This document shows positions 54,744 through 64,000 of a stretch of 64,000 nucleotides of DNA, piece by piece. Where the stretch lies: NCBI GenBank assembly GCA_051294375.1, contig CM119264.1, forward strand, positions 30,011,693 through 30,075,692, read 5' to 3'. The notes beneath the pieces were generated by a model. It was not told the origin of the DNA. It worked only from the letters and a program-made list of their open reading frames with translations, and did not search any database. Position numbers and translations under genes: made by a program. The stretch's first letter is position 1, and each line of letters opens with the position of its first letter. The DNA comes from Paraspadella gotoi (Eukaryota > Animalia > Chaetognatha).

Positions 54744-57182
54744 TCAATCTTGGAGAAGGTCTCTCTTCGCTTCAGAGTCGTCGAGGATTTCCGGGTCTTT
54801 CTTCGATCGCTCCGTCGCCCCATTGGAGGAACATTTGTGGGAAGCTGAATGTTGAAGGTAGAGGGAGAAAAAGTCAAGTTCAAACAGAGAGAGAGTTTAA
54901 TGACGAGACTTTTTGTATGCAATATATAAGATTGATTGGAGAGATTGTTAATCTTACGATATCATATTTTTTTTATAATGTATCATTTGTTTGCTTAAAA
55001 CCGATAAATTCAATCAGTTTCATCTTCAGTTAAAGACTTTAATTTGTATATAAATCGTTTTACTTTTTGTAATTTTTTTTATTTCTTATTATTTCTTTCT
55101 TCGTTTGTTAGTAAGATCCTTCGAATGTACACGTTTTATTGGCATAATTGACATTATGAGCACAATCGGCCAAAGCCAAGCCAATTAACCTTCGATCGGC
55201 TCCGTCGCCGGCACCGCCAAAGTCGGTGCTCTTGGCTCCGCTTTTTCGTCCTCCGCCCACTCGGCGCTTCGCTTCCTCTTTCCCCACGAACTCAGCGAAG
55301 ACGCAGCTCCGGTTTTCGTCCATTGATTCGAACCAGAAGTCACGTCTGCGCGGAAAATTGTTACAAAAAGCATATTCAATGGAGTTGCCATTTTTTTTAC
55401 AGTTGAAACAGTTGAAAGGGAAGCCAGGTTCTCTAGGAGTTAATAAACTCTAGAGACGATCAGAACGAGAGAGTCTTGTCCTGCTATGAAATCGGTACAA
55501 CCGATATAAAAATTATCAATTCATTCAATATATAAGCTAATTTTTTTAGAAATATAATAAATTGAAGAACATTAAACGCTTTGTAAAATTTAAAGTGAAT
55601 AACATAAATTGATTGAACTTTCACTATACTAGTGATTAAAATAATTTCAAACAGGAATCAACTCATAAAAAAAAAAATCCAAAAAAGAGTCTTCATCTTA
55701 ACCTCTCTTACGTCCTTGGCCCCTCTTGCCCCAAGTCGCCGCCTTGAAAGGCCGCTTCCCCCAGGCGCCAATCCTTGCGTTGGGATTGGCGCCGCCCCAC
55801 CAGCCTCGTTTCCCCCAGGCGTTGAGGAATACGCCGGCGCCGTTGGAGTTTTCCGCGCCGGTCCCGCCGACGCCGCCTTCTGATCCCGGCCCGCCGTAAT
55901 ACTCGCGGATTCGCTTGTGCCAGTCGTGGGTGTCGCCGACGGCGGCTGCGGGGTTTTCGCTACCGCTCTGACGCGGCGTCCTTTTGCCCCAAGTTGTCGC
56001 CGCGTAGCGCTTGCCCCACATGTAAGGGTTTTGCTCCCAACCTGTTGGTTAAAGGATAAGGAATTATTTGAAAGGATGTGGAACCAATTGTCACTGGTCA
56101 CGGCGCCTCCCGAATCCAATTTAATGTTATAAATTATTATTAATAATAATGAATTTCCTCACCTCTTTTCTCTAACATCGATGGAGCTAAAGTGATTTCT
56201 TCGTTTTTTATTCCTACAATCATATTAGAGAATAAAAACGGTTTTAATTATTAAGTTTTTAAGAATTTAATGCAATGAAAGTCTTTTATCCTTTTACAAC
56301 CAAATTGATTTATAATGTTAGATTTTGATTAAATTAATTTTCCTCATGAATGTAAGCATTTTAACAGTATATACAAAATACTTTAAAAAAAATAATTTAA
56401 ATTAATTTAATTTTAATTTAACTTTTTAAAAATGGATTCTGATAAAGATTAAAAAGTTAGATAAGTTAGTTAAAAAGTTAGTAATACAAATTAAAAAATT
56501 CAAATGATAAATGGGTTAAAATTTGAAAAAACTTAAAAAATCATCATCATCATCGTCCTCATTCATTAAATTTAATAGTTTTTATTAATTTTTATAGACA
56601 AATCATTAAAATTTCAAAAAGTTATAATAATAACTATCATCTAACCTTTCAAGCTCTATCTGAATCCAATAACATAAATTAAAATTTCAGTTAATATGTA
56701 ACCTGTTCCGTCTTAATGTCAGTATCTTAGTTAAAATTTAAAAAAAATTAACTACTAGTTAGTAGTTACCTGGCTCCACCATTCCACCCGGCCAATAATT
56801 GTCGCCTCCGTTTCCAACATGGTTTCCCTGAAGAGCGATCGTCTAATAATGTCATTCACGTAATTTGTCTAAAACAACATCGTTGCAACTTACCTTCGCT
56901 GTGAACCTTGGAGGGAATTCGTGAGCGATCAGATCCTCTAAGTCATTTTGCGAACCGGATCCAAATCTTAAATTAAATATATTACATATGTTGAATATTA
57001 GTTTTGAAGTTTTGAAAATTATCATTAATTAAACGCTGTTGTTTTTCGGGCTTGGCGCAGGAACATGCAGTTTTCACACTGGCTTGACCGCGCGTTGGAT
57101 GTATGAACATTATTTCTCACCTAAATAGTAGAAACGTGAACAAAAAAGGCCTGAGGGCGTAGACATGCGCGCGATGATTCAT
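54744..57182 (-). CDS. Myoinhibitory peptide / allatostatin-B (Wamide) neuropeptide precursor
   Basis: Seven in-phase exons: 57182-57121, 56966-56894, 56827-56770, 56213-56163, 56041-55703, 55345-55190, 54844-54744. Signal-like N-terminus MNHRAHVYALRPFLFTFLLFRFGSGS. Six WGKR amidation/cleavage sites, including KR-GWEQNPYMW-GKR (W-X6-Wamide). Confidence 0.82.
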
Positions 57183-58731
57183 TTAAGCCGGAAACGAACG
57201 AGGTCGTCAGCGAAATTATCTGTAATTGTAAGACATTGTAAAAATTTTGAGTTAGAAAAAATATTTCGACAAAAGAAGCCAGATTTATCCAATCACATAT
57301 TGAGAATGATTGGATTTATTGGATAAATGTATAAAATTGTGCATAAAATATATTTTTATTTTTTTTAATAACTGTAGAGAATTAAACTTATTTTAAATGC
57401 CCGAACATTGGAATGCGTTGCACTTCTCATTTCTTCAACTAAGCGCGTCGCTTTTATAGGCGTCATGAAAATCTGACGCTGTCGCCGTCACCTTCGCAGC
57501 TGCCGCCACCCGCGCCTATCTTGGCTTCCGCTCCGATGACGGCAGCGATAATTGAAAGAAAATACGTTTTTTTTTCCTTCTCTGCGACTCGAACGAGCGG
57601 GAAAAGTCTAATCGGCTTGGCCACGTTTCCGGTGATTGCACATCAAGTTTTTTCCTCATAACAAAACGTTTAAAAAATGCTAAAGCTGCCGCTCATCTTC
57701 ATTAACGATATAAAAGCGTTATTAGTTTTTTCGAAACGTTATGACTAAGTAACGAAGTAGTTTTAGTTCGGTCCTAAACTCGTGGGTTCGAGCGGGTTAC
57801 AACATTGGCAATACGACGCCATTGTTATAGACTGCAACAATTCCCGATCTCTCTTCTCGCGCGCCGCAGACTCAGAAGTTGTTGTCTTTGGAAACATCAT
57901 TTCGACCAGAAAACTTAAGCTTCCATCATACCATTCCCCAATTTCCATGCTCTAGAAATCGAACCTGAGGTAATTGATTTTTTTGTCGTCCACCCGATAA
58001 TTGCCTCCTAATTTCTACTTTCAACTAATAACACGGTTCAGTAGTCTTGTTTGTTCCATTTTCATATCGATTCTTGCGTTCCTAATAATGCTTTCTCTAA
58101 ATTATATCTTCTCTCCACAAGGTAGTCAGTGGACACTGGCCATCGTTGTGAACGTAGTTTAAAACAAAGACATTTAAATTTAATTTCAATCGTTTATTAA
58201 CAAAATTTGGTAAGGTTGAGAACGAGAGCACTTCTAATCAACAACGAAGCAGAAGGCGAAAAATTTAAAAATACTAACATTAAAACGACAAACTATCACA
58301 TAAACTGTAAAAAATTCGACCTATAATAGTGCATTACACGGCACTATTTCTTTCTAAAATAAATTTCTCTCTCCAATATGGGAAAAAAACATTTGCTTGT
58401 AGTCGCTTATTCGTACAAGCTATATAATTAAGCACTATTTGGTATTCAACTCATGGCTCTATTAAAAAAAAGAAAGTTTATGACTGAAGGATGGTAAGTG
58501 AGTGAGTATCAGTATGTGAATTTAAGTCTGCGAATAAATATGATTACGACTTAGGTCTAAAATGAAAGAAAAAACTTTTGAAAGCAATGATTGAAAAGAC
58601 AAAAAAAAACGAAAATATTCATGAGCATCTTCGAATGTCGTGGTCGTCGTCGTCGACACGGTTTTCTCGTTAGCCCTCTGCGCCGGAGGTCAAAAAGCCT
58701 CGCAGGTTGAGGGGTTCAAAGGTTAAGGGCC

Positions 58732-61700
58732 TCAGAGCACGGTCTCCGCGTCGGCGACGACTAAACTGGCGTCTTTCTCGTCGATCACTTTACCCAGTTG
58801 AACGTCGCGTTGGCTGATCCCTTTTCGACGCGCCAAGAATCTTCGGGAACAAAAGTTTGATTAACTTAACAAACATGCCGGAGTTATACGTTACGCGCGG
58901 AACGTCAAACAAATAGTAAATTAATTAACAAGAGTTAAGAACCTCTGAAGGATGGGTACGGGAAAGAGCATTAATCCCGAAAGACCCAAACAAGCGCCGA
59001 TGACCAGAAAAGGAATCGTATACGACTGTGTGGCATCGTACAGCGATCCGGCGAGCGGAGGTCCACCAAGCGTGGCTACCCCTGTAAAATGAAATATATC
59101 TGGCATGAAGAAAAAGTTTTAGAAATGCCACAAAGCATGTCAAGATTCGAAACGTCAAGTTACAAAATAATTTTTGGGTACATTTTGACTTATGAAAGTA
59201 GTAGACATAAAACACAAAACCTAGGCTAATTTTTCATCGACCTACCTTGAAACAAAAGCAGTAAACCGAATGAGTTGGTGAGCTTGTCGAGTCCAAGTAG
59301 GTCCACTAAAAGCACCGAAGTCAGCGTGACGTAAGCGCCTAAAGATAAAAGGGAAACAGAAACATCAATGCTTTCTTGATGCATAAAACAAGCAGCATCA
59401 GGAAAGCACCTATTGTAGCGCCGAAGACGGCAGAGTAAATAATCATGGTGGCGTAGGTGGTCGCGTAAACAGAGAGCATGGTCGCAGCGCCACAGACTGT
59501 TAAGGCGCCACTGTAAACGAAAAGTCGATGGCGTCGCACGAATGGATGATCGGAAGTGAAACCGAATAAAACCCTGCCTAATTGATTAAACAACAGAAGA
59601 AATAAAAAACCATGAAGAAATACATGTAATCAATTATGAAGAATTAATCATTGAAAATAGTCCTGTGGAAATACCTATGGTATTGCTGATTCCGACTACC
59701 GATAGGAGTAGTGCAGCCTGATGCTTCGTCAAATTCAATTCTGCCTCGGCACGGTCGGGTATGTATATGAAGGGACCGTTGAAACCTTTTAAAATGAGAG
59801 CAATAAGTTATGAATTTGTTATAAACTTTATCAGTTAATTGTAAGCATGCCTACCGACGGAAGTGAGGAAATTAGAGATGGCGAAAAGAAGAAAAATGGT
59901 GTCCTTGAGCAACGAAAAATCCATCATCTCGGAACACATGTCCCGATTCTCTTTTGAGCAACAGGGAGAGCAATTGGATCGTTCCCCGGGTAATTCAACT
60001 TTGTCTGCAGAAAGAAAAACCGATGCCTGGATTGCCTAGTACTCAATTTAAGTTAACCCCCACCCCCTCAGGTACCTGAGGCCGGGGAACTAATTTTGCT
60101 GGCGGAAGCTTTGGTCCCCAGCTTGTCGATCGACGTGACACTCTTTCGGTAGAAATCCGGATCGCTCCGGTACATCGGGATGTTGTAGAGAGACCCGGAG
60201 TAGAAAATGTCCTTTCTATGAAGGGGTCGGTGGGGCTTGTCATCTGTATGGACGACATCCCCAAAGATTAAATAATTTAATAAATGAATTCTGTCAATGA
60301 TAAGAATATCTAAATGTTCATTTAAAACCTCTTATTTACCAAAGGATGAAGAGAAGATAATGAGACGGGCACTGATCGAAAACCAATATAAAATTATCTA
60401 TTCAATCTATAAATGAGCTATCTTACACCAGACTTTGGATAGGATATGATGAATTAAGGCTTCCATACTCCATAGTTAAAAAAAACGTGATTGAACTCAT
60501 GGCGAGATTGTGTCGCTACTCGCTACTATATCCCAAAAAACTTTCACTCTTTTGTTCCCAGACCAACCTGGGACTCTCAGAGTGTCCGATCGCTCCGACC
60601 GTCGGGAAGTGACGCTGGGTTTGGCGCTCGCGTTGAGTTCGTAGTACATAACGGTTGGTTCCGAACTCTTGTGGATCGGAACGTGGTCCGCAGAGGCGAG
60701 GCGCGTGCTCAGTTTCGGCGGAGGCTTGGCTTTGCCCAAAGTTACCACTGAGGTGATCTGATGATTATAATAATATACATGTATGTATTGTATGTATGTA
60801 TTGTAAATTAATCAAAAATAATTAAAAGCCAGCTTTATTCTCCTTTCACCTGATATTTCGAATCAACCTCGCCGTCTTCACCCTCCTCTTGGATAACGGG
60901 AGCAGAGCTAGTGAAGGAGAGCGGGTGCACCGACTGCGGCGGAGCCAGATTCTCCGATTGAGGTTTGTCGAGGAGCCGTTCCGCCTCCGGACCCTCCTCC
61001 GGACCCGAAGCCTTCTTTCCGCCCGCTTTGACTTTGACTTCGCCCGGCAAAGGGCGGAAGAGGGCCCCGCACACGATCCCGTTGAAAGTCAGGCCTTTGG
61101 TGGTCAAGATAGTCAAGATAATCTAAAATGTACGTAGTGCCTGAGTGCCTCACGTTCTCCTATACAAACCTGCGAGTATGAGAGTAGCTCCCTTCCACGT
61201 GTACTCTTGGACGAGGAAGCTCACCAAGGGTGCGAAGATGAAGGTGCCGATGCCAGATCCGCAGACGGCGAGACCCGTAGCGATGGCACGCCTCTTCTCG
61301 AAGTAGAACCCCACGCTAACGATGGCCGGAAGGTAAATGAGACCGAATCCGAAGCCTGGGCCGCAATAAATAATAATAAAAATAATCAATGTTGTTTTAA
61401 AAATTCAAATTTTAGTCGAAAAAAGGCAAGACCTGCCATGAGACCGAAAGTGAAGTAAAGATAGATGAGCGACGGGGACATCATCCCCAAAATGAGTCCC
61501 AAGCCGGCGAGAACGCCTCCGGCCATGGTGCACGGCCGACAACCGAATCTGTTAGTCACTACGGAGGCGATGGGTCCGGAGCCCAGAGTCACGCCCACTA
61601 AAATCGAGGCGATCCAGGAAGTTTCCCCGCGGCCTGAATACGCGGGGTGGGGGAGGAATAACAAGACTCGCGCAACGTACTCCGGGTTGTCTAATTAAAA

Positions 61701-61957
61701 CTTTTTAATAGCAACTTACCGGCGCCGAAGTAATCGATAAATTCTACGAAAAATATCCCGAAGGAATAGACAATTCCGTCGGCGATGATGTGAATGATAA
61801 AAGAGGAGAAGACCACCATCCAACCCCACCCTCCGTCCGGTGGGACCATCTTCGCCCCCTCCGTTCTTTTGGACCCGTGTTCAACCTTGGTTTCCCCGGT
61901 GACGCCGTTCGTCTTTTTCGTGACGGTTCCATTTTCGGCCGCCCGAGATTTGGTCAT
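58732..61957 (-). CDS. Monocarboxylate transporter family (SLC16, MCT12/14-like) MFS protein
   Basis: [87 protein letters not shown] and [17 protein letters not shown]. Multi-exon; TGA at 58732-58734. Confidence 0.92.
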
Positions 61958-62631
61958 TATGCCTTGACGAAGAGGGGCCTATTTCTTTTATTTATCTGGA
62001 TTTTTAGCTTTTAACTTTTCTCATCGACATTCCGAGAAAAATGGAAGAAAATGTCTCAGTTCGTTTTGATAAAAAAAAAACGCATTAAAATTGTTTCCAA
62101 GTCCCTCCCAAAGTTCTCTGTCATAAAAAATAGCAGATAATAAAAGTTACAAAGTACATTTGCAAACATTTCTTTTTTAAATTCGTTTGACTTATGAGGT
62201 TAGTTAAACTTGTTTATTGATTTATTTTACGATTTTACTACTGACACGCATAAAAAAATTTAAAAATCAATGATGAACGATGTATTTCATTTAACAATAT
62301 CCAATCTGATACAATTAAGAATTAGTTTTATCTCATGAAAAGGTGCGACTGACTTTATCCGATTTTAAGGAGATTGTGTGTGATTATTTCAACATTAGTT
62401 CAAGGATTTATTACCTCGAGAAACATAGCGGGATTTATCAATCGCGGTTATCATTTGTGTAGATCTTGTCTTTATATTTTAAGTTACTTAAAGATTTTAT
62501 ACAAACTAAATCACCCATAACTTATAAATAAAGAATATAAAAGAATGAGAAAGGATATTTTGGCATAAAAATATGATATACAAATATATTATAAGTCATA
62601 AGTAATAAGTATATATAAGATAATTTAAATC

Positions 62632-62949
62632 CAGGGGCGTGGAGAGGCGGGGAACAGGGGGGGCCCTGAGAAAAAAGAAAAAAAGAAGGAAAGAAAAGAA
62701 GAAAAACCATATAACCGTATCTCTATGGCCGCTCATGGTTAAAAATAAGCGCTAAATCAAATTTAGACCCATCTCTCAGATTAGAGGAGAGGCGCAATGA
62801 TTGTGATAAAAAAAAAAATCAGTAAAACTCCATTGCTAGGTTGCAAGTCCTGGAGCAATATTTAAGGCAAAAAGTCGGTAATCGAAAACTAAAATTATGG
62901 AGCGGGGGGTGGGCAGTGGAGGGGCCCGCCATTTCTCTCGCCGCCCCTG
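62632..62949. mobile_element. Non-autonomous hAT-type MITE (318 bp)
   Basis: Terminal inverted repeats CAGGGGCGtgGAGAG / CTCTCgcCGCCCCTG (13/15). The flanking 8-mers TTTAAATC / TTAAAATC (7/8) fit an 8-bp target-site duplication. Confidence 0.7.
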
Positions 62950-62988
62950 TTAAAATCTATTGTACCTCGAAGTGCAAATTATAAAACT

Positions 62989-63049
62989 TCAAAAATTAGG
63001 GTTAACTCTTTATTAAGACTCTTAATAAAGAGTTAACCCTAATTTTTGA
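62989..63049. repeat. Perfect inverted repeat: 30-bp arms, 1-nt spacer
   Basis: TCAAAAATTAGGGTTAACTCTTTATTAAGA-C-TCTTAATAAAGAGTTAACCCTAATTTTTGA. Confidence 0.95.
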
Positions 63050-64000
63050 GAGAAATGAGCTTTTTATGGTTTTAGAGTTTGGTTTATTACCTAAAGTTCG
63101 TCAGATTAAATTTTATTATCATCGTTTCAGAATCAGAGCAAGAACTAATTTTTTACCAGATTTAAAATCAAACTTTTTTAAAGTTATCTTAAAAAAAAAT
63201 ATTCCAATCGTTTTGCACTCTGAAGCTAATTTTTTTTTCATCAATAAAGCAGATAACACTCGGATACTAAAAGTTGAAGTATGAATACTTCGAAATTATC
63301 AATTTCAAACTTGAATTGCAAGTTTAATTTATAAAACGTAGTAAACAACTAAATATTCGAAAAAGATGATAACCGATAAAGCCGGCAGTTCTTCTTATAA
63401 AAGGTTAATTGGTTGGTTTGAATCAGCTGAGTGAATGTGGCACAACTGGCACATGTATGCAGACGCGGAGGAGAAGAGGGATCGACGGATCGCATCGGAT
63501 GAGACGGAGGATCGATCGCATGCAACGGGGGCTTCTCTTTGTTACCCACATTGGGGCCAACTCGTGCAACAATTTCAAATTTGGGTGATGTTATCACTCC
63601 TGAGTCATGTTCTTTTATAACACTCTGACATCAGTCAAAACGTTAGAGTAAGCCCTAAATTTGGTTATGGACCTACTAAATCACCGACTTATTGTTTAAA
63701 TAAAATAGTTAAACCCAAAATGAAAATGATCTCGCCGCCAGAATCTGAAATTCCAGTTTATACCTGCTAAAATATTTGTTTTCCTTACGTAATAACGCAC
63801 CTAAATTACAAGTACATTCACACGGATTTTAAACGGGAGTGAAAAGAGTTGTTATAACTTTTAACTGACTGACTATGATTGAGTCTTGTTAATTTTATTA
63901 GTTGGAAAATTCCCTGACATTTATAATTCTATATAATAAATAGATAATACTTTACATCATAACTGGTGTGCTTGCCTTGCAGGAGCTTTTTCAGCAACTT

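Noticed and set aside
55108-55323. Separate 71-aa gene MDENRSCVF..
   Set aside because: It is an alternative frame of exon 6 of the MIP precursor. The frame containing SSWGKR fits the splice phases.
63349-63620. Short ORFs on both strands near the window end
   Set aside because: No homology cues, splice context or codon pattern that supports a gene.

Overview
Eukaryotic (animal, most likely protostome invertebrate) genomic DNA with CpG/GC-rich exons, short AT-rich introns, (GA)n microsatellites and five N gaps. From 1.8 to 28.5 kb, five ciliary genes lie head-to-tail on the + strand with 0.2-0.8 kb between coding regions: BBIP1, CFAP100, CFAP206, RGS22-like and CFAP57. They follow a divergent AKAP17A gene and two RFX X-box-like motifs, which makes this a candidate ciliary operon or regulon. 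The largest CFAP57 intron holds an antisense, apparently intronless Eyes-absent (EYA)-like gene whose HAD catalytic aspartates are substituted. About 19.0-30.4 kb is repeated at 32.3-43.7 kb with complementary single-base indels, most likely an assembly or haplotype artifact. Downstream are a secreted MACPF protein (perivitellin-2 67 kDa-like, three Cys-rich repeats), an SPMIP1/ATP6V1FNB-like gene, an orphan tail-anchored protein, a MIP/allatostatin-B (Wamide) neuropeptide precursor, an SLC16 transporter, a hAT-type MITE and a perfect 61-bp palindrome. Gene names come from recalled family motifs, and exon boundaries were read by eye.
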